This document shows, piece after piece, positions 55,028 through 64,000 of a stretch of DNA of 64,000 bases (positions are counted from its first letter, which is position 1; each line of letters starts with the position of its first letter). The position numbers and the translations under genes were made by a program. Origin of the DNA: a bacterium. Its GTDB lineage: Bacteria; UBA8248. A model generated the notes under the pieces. It was given only the letters and a program-made list of their open reading frames with translations. It ran no database searches and was not told the DNA's origin. Location: the NCBI GenBank assembly GCA_965199855.1, contig OZ241326.1:2211908-2275907 (forward strand), read 5' to 3'.

Positions 55028-55717
55028 TCAGTCGAGAGTCAGGACGCTCTCCAGCTCGTCGAGCGAGCGGATTTCCGCGTCGATCTCGTGGGGAACGCGC
55101 TCTTTTTTCTGCGCGAGGCGATTCACCCAGACCACGCGGAACCCGAAGCAGGACGCGCCCGCAACGTCCCACCCGTTCGAGGAGAAGAAGCAGATTCTCC
55201 CGGCGGGAACGCCGAGCCTGTCCGCCGCCAGCCGATAGGCGTCGGGATGCGTCTTGAAAACGCCCGCCTCCTCCACGGAGAGGACGGCTTCGAGGTATTC
55301 CCCGATTCCGGCGCTTTCCACCGCGCTGGCGAGCATTTCGGGCGATCCGTTCGAGAGAATCGCCGCCCGCGCCCGCTTCTCCCTCAGCCTTTCCAGGACG
55401 CCCCGCACCTCGGGATACGCGCTCAGCCGCCCGTAGAGCGCCATGAGCTCCTCCCGAAGCTTCGGGTCGCCCACGTCCAGCGCGTCCAGGGCGAAATCGA
55501 GCGCGTCGCCCGTCACCCGCCAGAAATCCGCGTGGCGGCCCATCAGGCTCCTCAGCCACGAGTACTCGATCTGCTTCGCGCGCCAGAGCGAGGAGAGCTC
55601 CCGCCACCGCTCGCCCAGCTCCGCCCGCTTTTCCTCCGCCGCCGCGGATACGTCGAACAGCGTGCCGTAGGCGTCGAACACGCAGGCGTCAACTTCATGC
55701 TCGCCCAGCAGGATCAT
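55028..55717 (-). CDS. Haloacid dehalogenase type II (HAD superfamily)
   Basis: 229 aa; VFDAYGTLFDV motif I, SNG motif. Confidence 0.75.
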   Translation of the reverse strand: MILLGEHEVDACVFDAYGTLFDVSAAAEEKRAELGERWRELSSLWRAKQIEYSWLRSLMGRHADFWRVTGDALDFALDALDVGDPKLREELMALYGRLSAYPEVRGVLERLREKRARAAILSNGSPEMLASAVESAGIGEYLEAVLSVEEAGVFKTHPDAYRLAADRLGVPAGRICFFSSNGWDVAGASCFGFRVVWVNRLAQKKERVPHEIDAEIRSLDELESVLTLD

Positions 55718-55751
55718 CTCGTCCTCCCCGCGTCGAGGCGCGCGCGCCCTC

Positions 55752-56726
55752 TCAAGGCGTCAGATTCACCTTGCCCAGAAACTTTTCGCCCAGCAGAAGC
55801 TCGTGGGAATCGTTCGCCCGCTCCAGGGGAAGTTCCCGCCCGACGTGGGGCTTGACGGCGCCTCTCTCCAGCAGGGGACGCAGGCGCTTGAGGATGCCCG
55901 GGACGAGCGGATTCAGATTCCCCGAGGAGAGCGCGAGAATCCTGGCGTCGCGGCCCATGGCCGCCGGCAGGGAAATCGCCGCGTCGGGCCCCTTGCCCGT
56001 CCCCGTTCCGACGACGACGATTCGGCCGTTGACGGCGATGAGCTCCAGGTCCGCGGGCAGGTTCTCGCAGGCCGCGGTTTCGACGACCACGTCCGCGCCG
56101 CGTCCGGCACTCAGCTCCATGACGCGCCCGGGGACGCTCTCCTCCCTGTAGTTGACGACCGCCCCGGCGCCCGCCGCGAGGCAGAAATCCGCCTTCTCCT
56201 TCGAGCTCGCGGTGGCGAATACCCGGCAGCCCATCGCGCGCGCCAGCTGAATCGCCAGGTGGCCCACGCCGCCCGCGCCCCCCTGGACGAGGACGCAGTC
56301 GCCCGGCGCCGCCTCTCCCTTGACGACCAGGGCGTTCCAGGCCGTGAGAAGCGGGATGGGCAGGGCGGCGCCCTCGGCGAAGGACATCGCGTCCGGGAGC
56401 CTCCCCGTGGAGGCCGCGGACAGGAGCGCCTTCCCGGCGTATGCCCCCGTCAGGGCGCGGCCCCACACCCGATCCCCCGGGGCGAACGCATCGACGCCCT
56501 CGCCCACCGCCTCCACCTCGCCGGCTACGTCCGTCCCGCACGTGTAGGGCGGGCGCATCTCGCGGGCGCGCGGATGCTTCCCCGAACGAATGGCGATTTC
56601 CAGGGGATTCACCCCGGCGGCCGCCACGCGCGCGAGAATTTCGCCCGCGCCGGGCCGCGGCTCCTCCGCGTCTTCGAGAACCATGGGATGCTCAAGTCCG
56701 AACCGCGTCACCCGCACCGCCTTCAT
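55752..56726 (-). CDS. NADPH:quinone oxidoreductase / zinc-type ADH family (MDR)
   Basis: 324 aa; GAAGGVGHLAIQLA Rossmann motif. Confidence 0.8.
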   Translation of the reverse strand: MKAVRVTRFGLEHPMVLEDAEEPRPGAGEILARVAAAGVNPLEIAIRSGKHPRAREMRPPYTCGTDVAGEVEAVGEGVDAFAPGDRVWGRALTGAYAGKALLSAASTGRLPDAMSFAEGAALPIPLLTAWNALVVKGEAAPGDCVLVQGGAGGVGHLAIQLARAMGCRVFATASSKEKADFCLAAGAGAVVNYREESVPGRVMELSAGRGADVVVETAACENLPADLELIAVNGRIVVVGTGTGKGPDAAISLPAAMGRDARILALSSGNLNPLVPGILKRLRPLLERGAVKPHVGRELPLERANDSHELLLGEKFLGKVNLTP

Positions 56727-56758
56727 GCCGCTCTCCTCATCGCGCCCGGCGCCGCGCC

Positions 56759-57733
56759 TTAGGGGATCAGGACGACCTTCCCGACGAACCGGCCCTCCAG
56801 CACGTGGTCGTGCGCCTCGTTCGCCTCCTCGAAGCGCGCCGTCCTGTCAACGTGGACGCGGAACGCGCCCTCGCGCAGCAGGGGCGCGAAGCGGCGCACC
56901 AGCTCCGGCAGCTTGGGAAACAGGTTCACCACGGCCAGCCCCAGCACCACGGCGTCCTTCGTCATCACGGCCGGAACCCGGAACTCCGCGCCCGGCCCCT
57001 TGCCCGTGCCCGTGCCGATGACGATGATTCTTCCGTCCACGCGGATGGCGTCCAGGTCCCTGTCGAAATTGTCGCACGCGCAAAGCTCGACGATGACGTC
57101 AACGCCGCGCCCGCCGGTGAGCTCCAGGCAGCGCGCGGCGAAGTCCTCCTCGCGGTAGTTGATCACCGCGTCCGCGCCCAGGCTCCGGCAGAATTCCGCC
57201 TTCTCCTCCGAGCTCACCGTCGCGAAAACGCGGCACCCCAGACGCCTGGCGAGCTGAATCGCCGCCATGCCGACGCCTCCCGCCCCGCCCTGCACCAGCA
57301 CCGTCTCGCCGGGGCCCGCCGCCGCCTTGATGACGAGCGCGTTCCAGGCCGTATAGAACGCCACCGTGACGCACGCTCCCTCCTCCCAGGAATAGGCGTC
57401 GGGCAGCTCCGCCGCGGCGTCGGCCGCAAGCCGGACGCGCTCGGCGTAGCTTCCGCCGACGGCGCGGCCATAGACGCGCTGGCCGACTCGCCAGTTCTCC
57501 ACCCCCTCGCCCAGGGCGATGACCTCCCCCGCCGCCTCGGCGCCGGGAACGTAGGGCGGCGAAACCAGTTTGGCGTAGGGGTGCCGGGCGGCGCGGATGG
57601 CCAGGTCCACCGGATTGACGCCCACTGCGCCGGTTCGTATCAGCACCTCGCCGGGCTGGGGCGCGGCGTCCTCCACGTCATCCACCCGCATGGGAACGTC
57701 CAGGTTGAATTCATGTACGCGCACCGCTTTCAT
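56759..57733 (-). CDS. NADPH:quinone oxidoreductase, tandem paralog
   Basis: MKAVRVHEFNL...GGAGGVGMAAIQLA; the ATG at 57731-57733. Confidence 0.8.
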   Translation of the reverse strand: MKAVRVHEFNLDVPMRVDDVEDAAPQPGEVLIRTGAVGVNPVDLAIRAARHPYAKLVSPPYVPGAEAAGEVIALGEGVENWRVGQRVYGRAVGGSYAERVRLAADAAAELPDAYSWEEGACVTVAFYTAWNALVIKAAAGPGETVLVQGGAGGVGMAAIQLARRLGCRVFATVSSEEKAEFCRSLGADAVINYREEDFAARCLELTGGRGVDVIVELCACDNFDRDLDAIRVDGRIIVIGTGTGKGPGAEFRVPAVMTKDAVVLGLAVVNLFPKLPELVRRFAPLLREGAFRVHVDRTARFEEANEAHDHVLEGRFVGKVVLIP

Positions 57734-57829
57734 CAGCCGCTTCGCTCCTCCGTTCGGGAAATCGCCCCGCAAGCCGCCGGACGACAAAAGAGACCTGAAC
57801 CATATCCCATAACCGCGCGCGGGCGAAGC

Positions 57830-58699
57830 CTAGAACGCATCCGACCAGCTTCCGCGGCGGCGCTCGCCCGCGTCGCACGGCGGCGCCGCTCTCGACGCGG
57901 GGAGCGCTCCCGCCGCGGCCGCCGCTCCCGAAGCGAGAAGGGGGGTTCGCTTCGCGCTCCGCGCCGGGCGCGGAGCCGGCGCGCCGACGATCTCCAGCGC
58001 CAGCTTTCTCCTGACGGCGCGCCCGAAGGACCCGAAGCCGTCGGCGACCACCAGAAAGGAGCGCCTGCCCCCGATGACGCATTTTCGATAATACAAATCC
58101 AGGTTCGGCATCGGGGCTCTCCCCCAGGGGCTGGGCCGGCCGTTCATGATGGGGAGTCCGTTGATCGTCACCCCCGCGCGCAGGGCCTTCGCGCGCGCCG
58201 CGGTCACGAAGTCCCCGCTGTTGTTGGGGCCGTCGCCGGAGATGTCGATGACGCGGCGCTCCCCCCTGAAGCCGCTGCCCTCGAACAGCGTCAGCGCGAA
58301 CTCTATCGCGCCGCTTATGGAGGTGTAGGGCCCCCTGCCCACCGGCCTGCGGGCGAGGAGAGCGGCGAACGCCTCGGCACTCGCCCTGTCGTGAATCCCC
58401 CGCCAGCCCACCACGCTGGTCTGAAAATCGTAGCCTGCCCACTCCACGTAGGTCGCCGCGATGCGCTTTCGCCTGCCCGAGCGGATGGCGCGCAGGACGG
58501 AGGGGGAGCGAAAGGCGCTCACGTATCCCATGCGCTGGAGCTTCCCCTCTTCTTCGTCCACGCTGCCGGAGACGTCGATGGCGAGAACCAGCTCCAGGTC
58601 CACGGCGACCTCGGCGGAGCGCGCGAGACCCGCGTGAAGGGAGACAGCGAGCGCCGCCGCCAAAGCCGCCGGAGCGATTCGCGTGAAGGAGCGAGCCAT
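57830..58699 (-). CDS. Secreted DUF1194 (VWA-like) protein
   Basis: 289 aa; signal peptide; DLELVLAIDVSGSVD MIDAS-like motif. Confidence 0.55.
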   Translation of the reverse strand: MARSFTRIAPAALAAALAVSLHAGLARSAEVAVDLELVLAIDVSGSVDEEEGKLQRMGYVSAFRSPSVLRAIRSGRRKRIAATYVEWAGYDFQTSVVGWRGIHDRASAEAFAALLARRPVGRGPYTSISGAIEFALTLFEGSGFRGERRVIDISGDGPNNSGDFVTAARAKALRAGVTINGLPIMNGRPSPWGRAPMPNLDLYYRKCVIGGRRSFLVVADGFGSFGRAVRRKLALEIVGAPAPRPARSAKRTPLLASGAAAAAGALPASRAAPPCDAGERRRGSWSDAF

Positions 58700-58863
58700 C
58701 GCCTCTCCTGAAGCCTGCGCCTTTCCGCGCCGCGCGGGAACGGCCCGCTCCCCGCGGCGCGCCCCCGGCCGGACGCGGCGCCGGAGGCGCCCGGTTCGCT
58801 CGCGCCCGGAACCGGGCTATCGTAATATGAAACGCTGGGTTGCTTCACCATGGAGAGTTGGCG

Positions 58864-60255
58864 ATGCTCGACCTCAAGCCTCCCGACGCGGCGATCGAAA
58901 TCCTCCGCGCCCTGCGCGCCGCGGGCCACCGGGCGCTTCTCGCGGGAGGCTGCGTGCGCGACGCCCTCCTCGGCCGCGAGCCCAGGGACTGGGACATCGC
59001 CACGGACGCGGGCCCCGAAGCCGCGCGGACCCTCTTCGAGAAGACCGTGGCCGTGGGCGCGCGGTTCGGCGTCTCGCGCGTCCTGCTGGACGGCCGGGAG
59101 TTCGAGGTGGCGCAGTTCCGGCGGGACGGCGCCTACGAGGACGGCAGGCGGCCCGCCTCGGTTCTTCCCACCAGCGAGGAGGAGGACGCGAGGCGGCGCG
59201 ACTTCACCATCAACGGAATGTTCTACGACCCGTTCGAGCGCCGCGCGCTCGACTACGTCGGCGGCCTGCGCGACCTCGACGGAAAAATCATCCGCGCCAT
59301 CGGGGACCCGAACCTCCGCTTCCGGGAAGATCATCTGCGGATGATGCGGGCGGCGCGCTTCTCGGCGCGGTTCGGCTTCGACATCGAGCCGGCGACCGCC
59401 GCCGCCGTCCGCGCCAACGCCGGGCGCATCTCCAGAATAAGCCCCGAGAGGATTCAGGAGGAGCTGACGGCGATGCTCACCGGGGAGAATCCCCATCGCG
59501 CCCTCGCCGCGCTGGATTCGCTCGGACTCCTCGAATGCGTCCTGCCCGAGGTCGCCGCCATGAAGGGGGTGGCGCAGCCGCCGGAATTCCACCCCGAGGG
59601 CGACGTCTGGACGCACGTCCTCCTCATGCTGGCGCTCATGCGCGCCCCCTCGCCCGCGCTCGCCTGGGGCGTCCTGCTCCACGACGTCGGAAAGCCCGCC
59701 ACCTACGCGGAGGCCGACCGCATCCGCTTCAACGGGCACGACAGGGCGGGGGCGGAGATGAGCGCGAACGTCTGCGGCAGGCTGCGCATGTCCGGCGCGC
59801 GCGCGTCGAGGATTCGGGAGCTGGTCGCCAACCACATGCGCTTCATGCGCGTGGAGAAGATGCGGGAGAGCCGCCTGAAGCGGCTGCTCCGCGAGCCCTG
59901 CTTCGAGGAGCTCCTGGAGCTGCACCGCCTCGACTGCCTCGCCAGCCACGGCGATTTGAGAACCCATGAATTCTGCGTCCGGAAACGGCGCGCGCTCCGG
60001 GAGGAGGCCCTCCGCCCGCCGCGCCTGCTGGACGGCCGCGAACTGATGAAAATGGGCTATCCGCCGGGGCCGGGGCTGGGGGAGATTCTCGCCGCCATCG
60101 AGGACGCGCAGCTCGAGGGCCGCGTCTCCACCGCCGCGCAGGCCAGGGATTTCACGAGGCGAAACTTCGCCCTTCCGGAGACTCGCCCCTCCGGAAAGCC
60201 GCGCGCTCCCGCGCGGGCCGACCCGCCTCCCGGCGACCGCGGGGAGCGGCCATGA
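58864..60255 (+). CDS. cca: CCA-adding tRNA nucleotidyltransferase / poly(A) polymerase family with HD domain
   Basis: MLDLKPPDAAIEILRALRAAGHRALLAGGCVRDALLG...DWDIAT (pol-beta NT motif); HD domain LLHDVGKP. Confidence 0.85.
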   Translation: MLDLKPPDAAIEILRALRAAGHRALLAGGCVRDALLGREPRDWDIATDAGPEAARTLFEKTVAVGARFGVSRVLLDGREFEVAQFRRDGAYEDGRRPASVLPTSEEEDARRRDFTINGMFYDPFERRALDYVGGLRDLDGKIIRAIGDPNLRFREDHLRMMRAARFSARFGFDIEPATAAAVRANAGRISRISPERIQEELTAMLTGENPHRALAALDSLGLLECVLPEVAAMKGVAQPPEFHPEGDVWTHVLLMLALMRAPSPALAWGVLLHDVGKPATYAEADRIRFNGHDRAGAEMSANVCGRLRMSGARASRIRELVANHMRFMRVEKMRESRLKRLLREPCFEELLELHRLDCLASHGDLRTHEFCVRKRRALREEALRPPRLLDGRELMKMGYPPGPGLGEILAAIEDAQLEGRVSTAAQARDFTRRNFALPETRPSGKPRAPARADPPPGDRGERP

Positions 60256-60785
60256 CGCGAACCTCCATCATGACGGCGCGCGAGCTCGAAATCTCCCTCG
60301 GAAGAATCGCTTCCGAGATGGCGGAGGCGCGCGCGGCGGACGCGGGTCTCGCCCTCGTCGGAATCCTCACGCGCGGCGAGCCGCTGGCGCGGAGGCTCCG
60401 CAGGCGCATTCAGGAGCTCGAGAACGTCGCGCCCGCCCTCGGCGCCCTCGACATCGGAATTCACCGCGACGACGCGGGACACCCCGCGAAGGGGCGCGGC
60501 TTCGAGCCGACGCTCATCGACTTCGACATCACCGACCGCCACGTCTTCCTGGTGGACGACGTGTTCTTCACGGGCCGAACCGCGCGCGCCGCCCTGGACG
60601 CCCTGATGGAGCTGGGGCGGCCGAAGCGCATCTGGCTCGCCGTCCTGATAGATCGGGGACACCGGGAGCTGCCCTTCCGCCCCGACTTCATCGGCAAGAG
60701 CGTGCCCACCTCGCTCGATGAGCGCGTCCAGGTGCGGATGCGGGAGGTGGACGGCGAGGACGGGGTATGGCTCGCGAAAGGATGA
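60252..60785 (+). CDS. PyrR-family protein, second paralog (pyrimidine regulatory protein/UPRTase), start overlaps cca stop (ATGA)
   Basis: 177 aa MTRTSIMTARELEISLGRIASEMAEA...VFLVDDVFFTGRTARAAL. Confidence 0.8.
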   Translation: MTRTSIMTARELEISLGRIASEMAEARAADAGLALVGILTRGEPLARRLRRRIQELENVAPALGALDIGIHRDDAGHPAKGRGFEPTLIDFDITDRHVFLVDDVFFTGRTARAALDALMELGRPKRIWLAVLIDRGHRELPFRPDFIGKSVPTSLDERVQVRMREVDGEDGVWLAKG

Positions 60786-60948
60786 GCCGCTGCGGGGGAG
60801 AGGCGGCCGCGCTTCCCCAGGTTGCCTTTTTTATATTTTGAAGTCCAGGTCGATTTACGCACCCTCAATGCCCTGCAACCTGTCTCGCAGGGCCGCTCGC
60901 TGTTCAGGGGACATAGCCGCCGCTAACTTCTTGAATTCATGTATTTCT

Positions 60949-61422
60949 TTATCCTTTTTCATCCGAATAGGGCATTCTATCGAATCTCTTCAGTTCGACG
61001 TTGATCTTATCAATACGGAGGCAGTCTCCGCGCGATCTGACCATAAACTGATACTGATTTTCTCCTCCTAGTGGAGCTCGAGAAAATTCGTTTCTCGCAT
61101 TTACGAATGGAGCCAAACGTCCGCAGAACGCCTCAAGACTCCGCGTTTTAAGCTGGGCGATGACGAGCCTTCCCTCAATACGCGCTTGTTCTTCATCTTT
61201 CATCATCTCTTCTGGTATGCCGTGCCAATCCTTCTTTCCACCCAGAACCCACCAGTTTCGGCCTGATTCATCTTGCAACCACTTTTGGCGTTTCCCTACT
61301 GGCGTCAGGGTGACGTCGAATTTTGCGTGAATAGCATCTATGACGGGCCGCCTATCAAAATTGTTGAATTTTTCCGATGACTTCTTCATGCTTTCCTCTC
61401 CCAAGCGGCTTGAAAGCTCCAT
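60949..61422 (-). CDS. Hypothetical protein, low-GC islet, downstream partner of HTH gene
   Basis: 157 aa with no recognisable family. Its start overlaps the upstream gene stop by 4 bp (ORF stops at 61425, next ORF begins at 61422). Confidence 0.45.
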   Translation of the reverse strand: MELSSRLGEESMKKSSEKFNNFDRRPVIDAIHAKFDVTLTPVGKRQKWLQDESGRNWWVLGGKKDWHGIPEEMMKDEEQARIEGRLVIAQLKTRSLEAFCGRLAPFVNARNEFSRAPLGGENQYQFMVRSRGDCLRIDKINVELKRFDRMPYSDEKG

Positions 61423-61424
61423 CG

Positions 61425-61955
61425 CTAGTCCTCCTGTCTCTCTTCGTCCTCCTCTCCGGATTGATTGAGGGTCGCCGCGTCCAGCCCCGCTCCCAGGTTG
61501 TCGGCCAGCTCACCCCAGCCGTCCATAAAATCTCTTGCATCGTTGAACACGACGAAGGCAGCGCCGCCAGCCTCATAGAGCTGAGGAGCCGCCGCGAGTA
61601 GAGCGGCATCATCAAGGCTGGATATGTTGTCCGCCACAATCCGACCGACTGGCCCTTGAGTGTCGCAGACGGAATAGCTGGCCCCATTTTTGACGGGGAT
61701 CCAGCTCCGGGGCGGCCGTATGGATCGGCTCAACAGGACGCCGAACGCGAGCTTGGCCAGCACCGGAATCTTCTTGCCCGGCTTGAACCAACCGTTTATA
61801 GTGGTTTCGGGCACATCCAGAACCGCGCTGAGATTGCGTTGCCAGCCGCGTCGCCCGTATCTCCGCTCGAAAGCGGACCTGAGATCCATATCTTTCACAT
61901 AGTTGGTCAGCCCTTCCCGGAAATCAGCGTCGGCGATCATTCTCAAGTTGCCCAT
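61425..61955 (-). CDS. HTH (Cro/CI-like) DNA-binding protein with C-terminal domain of unknown function
   Basis: 176 aa; GWQRNLSAVLDVPETTINGWFKPGKKIP is an HTH_XRE-type motif. An AT-rich promoter-like region lies upstream (61956-62100). Confidence 0.5.
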   Translation of the reverse strand: MGNLRMIADADFREGLTNYVKDMDLRSAFERRYGRRGWQRNLSAVLDVPETTINGWFKPGKKIPVLAKLAFGVLLSRSIRPPRSWIPVKNGASYSVCDTQGPVGRIVADNISSLDDAALLAAAPQLYEAGGAAFVVFNDARDFMDGWGELADNLGAGLDAATLNQSGEEDEERQED

Positions 61956-62101
61956 TCCATCAATCTCCCGCGTAAAATTACGAATCTCATTCTAAAAACT
62001 CTTGTAATACACGAAATTAAGTTTGTCAAGAATTAAAATAACATTTATTTAAGGAATTTCGGGTTTCAAGGGATTCCCCGGAATGAAATCAAAGATTTCC
62101 C

Positions 62102-63007
62102 CTACGCGCTCGCCCAGGCGATCATGATCGTGGCGAAGAACAGCAGGGCCGCCCCCGCCCACTTCTGCCAGGTCAGCCGCTCCTCCTCCCCCAGCCAGAC
62201 GCGCGCCAACGCGAGCGAGAACAGCGGCGCCGTATAGCTCAGGGGCATGACGACGAACACCTCCCCATACTGAAACGCCGAGAAGAACGCCAGATAGGCC
62301 GCGGCGTTGACGGCGCCCGCGACGAGGAGCCACCTCAGCCCGGCCGCGTCCATCCGGAAGCGCTCGGCGGCGGGCAGGGCGGGAGCGAGCAGCAGGAGCG
62401 TGGGCAACGAGACGGCGTTGGCGATGGTCGCGCCGATGAGGGGGTCGCCGTAGAGGAGCAGCCCGTAGCGCCGCAGGGTGGAGGCGAGCGCCATGACGAG
62501 GGCGTGAAGCAGGGGGAAGATCATGTGCGCGCGCCGCCAGTCGGCGTCTCCTTCCGGCTTCATGGTCAGGAACGCGCAGCCCGCCATCACGAAAAAAATG
62601 GCGATCCACGCCGCCGCGCCCGGCTCCTCTCCGAGCCACGCGATGGCCGCCAGGGTCGAGAGAAACGGGGTAATCGTCACCAGGGGCATGGTGCGGCCGA
62701 CGCCTATCGTCCTGAAGCCCAGAAAGAGGAGGAAGCGGCTGAACCCGGGCGCCAGGACGCCGCCGACGACGAACCAGAGCGCCGCCCGGGGCGAGAGCGC
62801 CCCCCAGTCCGAGAAGGCGAGAGAGAGGCCCCCCAGAAGCGGAATCCCCAGCCCCAGGCCGATGAGGGCGCCCACGTAGGGCGAGGTTCCCCCCAGCCCC
62901 TTGCGCGCGACGACGCTGAAGACGGCGAACAGAACCGAGGACGCCAGGCTCAGGCCCACGGCGAGATAATGCTCCAAGGCGTCCCCCTGCGGCGCGCGGG
63001 CGTCCAA
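62102..63007 (-). CDS. EamA/DMT-superfamily transporter
   Basis: 301 aa with ten hydrophobic segments and a duplicated EamA architecture. Confidence 0.75.
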   Translation of the reverse strand: MDARAPQGDALEHYLAVGLSLASSVLFAVFSVVARKGLGGTSPYVGALIGLGLGIPLLGGLSLAFSDWGALSPRAALWFVVGGVLAPGFSRFLLFLGFRTIGVGRTMPLVTITPFLSTLAAIAWLGEEPGAAAWIAIFFVMAGCAFLTMKPEGDADWRRAHMIFPLLHALVMALASTLRRYGLLLYGDPLIGATIANAVSLPTLLLLAPALPAAERFRMDAAGLRWLLVAGAVNAAAYLAFFSAFQYGEVFVVMPLSYTAPLFSLALARVWLGEEERLTWQKWAGAALLFFATIMIAWASA

Positions 63008-63090
63008 AAAAGCCGGGGCGGAAGGCTCGCCCCTCCGCCCCGGCGCGTCAAACGCTCAGGCTTCCGCCCGATTCGGCGATTCCCGCTCCC

Positions 63091-63981
63091 CTAGTAATAC
63101 GCCTGCCCGGGCGCCACCGGCGGCGTCCACTCGCAATCGCCGAAGGGCCCGTCCCCGTTCTCCTTCACGTAGGCGACGCGCGCGTCGCTCACGCTCTCAT
63201 CCATCAGGGCGCGGCGGAGCCAGTCCAGGATGTACTGGTGATTGTCCATGCCGCCCAGGTTCGTGAGGCTCACCAGGGGATGAAACTGGTTCTCGAACAC
63301 CCACAGCTCTTTCCTGCAGGTGAGGTCCTCATACACCTCGATGGCGTCCTCGAGCGGGCAAAGCGGGTCGAACTCGCCCGTCACCAGCAGGGTGGGGCAC
63401 TGTATCTTGTCCATGTAGCCCTTGACGGTCATCGCGCGCGCCATCTCGTCGAACTCGTCCTCATCCTTCATGCCCGCCATGTACATGAAAATCTGCTTGA
63501 AGCGCGGCGAGGACTGCGTGAAGATGGTGTTGTTGGGGTTGAAGCAGGCCACCGCGCTCGCCACCGCCGCCGCCCGGTGGTCGTAGCTCGCCAGACGAAG
63601 CGACCAGAAGCTGCCCATGCTGATGCCGTAGATGCCGATTTTCGTCGGCTCGACTTCCTCGCGGCCCAGCAGGTGGTCGATCACCGCGGCGCCGGCGCGC
63701 TCGTAGTTGTCCCCGACGGCGCGTATCTTCTGCATGTTGGAGTTGCCCTGCCCCGGGCCGTCCATCGCCAGCACGTGAAAGCCCCGCTCGGCGGCGACGT
63801 TGCGCCTCGCGTGGGGAAACACCTCTTTCGTCTGGTCCATGCCCGGCACGTAGATCACGCAGGGCGCCTTTCGGCGATCCGGCAGAAGGTGCAGGAGGCA
63901 CGAGATGGTCTTGCCGTCGTCGAAGGGAACCTCGACGCGCTCGATGGGGTAGGCGGCCGTCTCGGATCGCCTGTCCACCAT
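63091..63981 (-). CDS. Alpha/beta-hydrolase fold protein (dienelactone hydrolase/peptidase S9-like)
   Basis: 296 aa; nucleophile elbow GISMGS, and a later His in NQFHPL. The N-terminus is close to the window edge. Confidence 0.6.
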   Translation of the reverse strand: MVDRRSETAAYPIERVEVPFDDGKTISCLLHLLPDRRKAPCVIYVPGMDQTKEVFPHARRNVAAERGFHVLAMDGPGQGNSNMQKIRAVGDNYERAGAAVIDHLLGREEVEPTKIGIYGISMGSFWSLRLASYDHRAAAVASAVACFNPNNTIFTQSSPRFKQIFMYMAGMKDEDEFDEMARAMTVKGYMDKIQCPTLLVTGEFDPLCPLEDAIEVYEDLTCRKELWVFENQFHPLVSLTNLGGMDNHQYILDWLRRALMDESVSDARVAYVKENGDGPFGDCEWTPPVAPGQAYY

Positions 63982-64000
63982 CTCCCCGAGCTTGTTGTTG

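Overview
This is a 64 kb window of high-GC (about 70%) bacterial chromosome. It is densely packed with housekeeping genes. Conserved segments include a TCA trio (fumA fragment, mdh, icd), ksgA, lepA-lepB, htrA, and a complete pyrR-pyrB-pyrC-carA-carB operon with a PyrR attenuator. Others are a surA-like/surA-like/mfd/rodZ segment, a DAHP synthase, tandem acyl-CoA dehydrogenases, and a CCA enzyme. Three lower-GC islets appear to be horizontally acquired. The first is a BcgI-like (Type IIB/IIG-like) restriction-modification pair between icd and ksgA. The second is an RlmJ-fold gene interrupted by an in-frame TGA. The third is an HTH-plus-partner two-gene module. The most notable region is 43.1-51.9 kb. 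It starts with a UGSC-family selenoprotein gene whose in-frame TGA (selenocysteine) and downstream SECIS hairpin caused the ORF track to split it in two. An unidentified 363-aa protein follows. A co-directional accessory/maturation set for selenium-dependent molybdenum hydroxylases comes after that (RidA, YqeB-like, MoxR AAA+ ATPase, VWA partner, YqeC-like, XdhC, ComF-like PRTase). No hydroxylase catalytic subunit lies in the window. A second structural oddity is a pair of about 723-bp essentially identical inverted repeats. They are packed with REP-like GC hairpins and conserved palindromic sites, and they flank a 6.2 kb block (tal, fmdB, gdhA, nodIJ-like ABC, alkA, dgt). No tRNA, rRNA, CRISPR array, transposase or integrase was recognised. 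Many long ORFs in the track are antisense or GC-artefact frames and were discarded.
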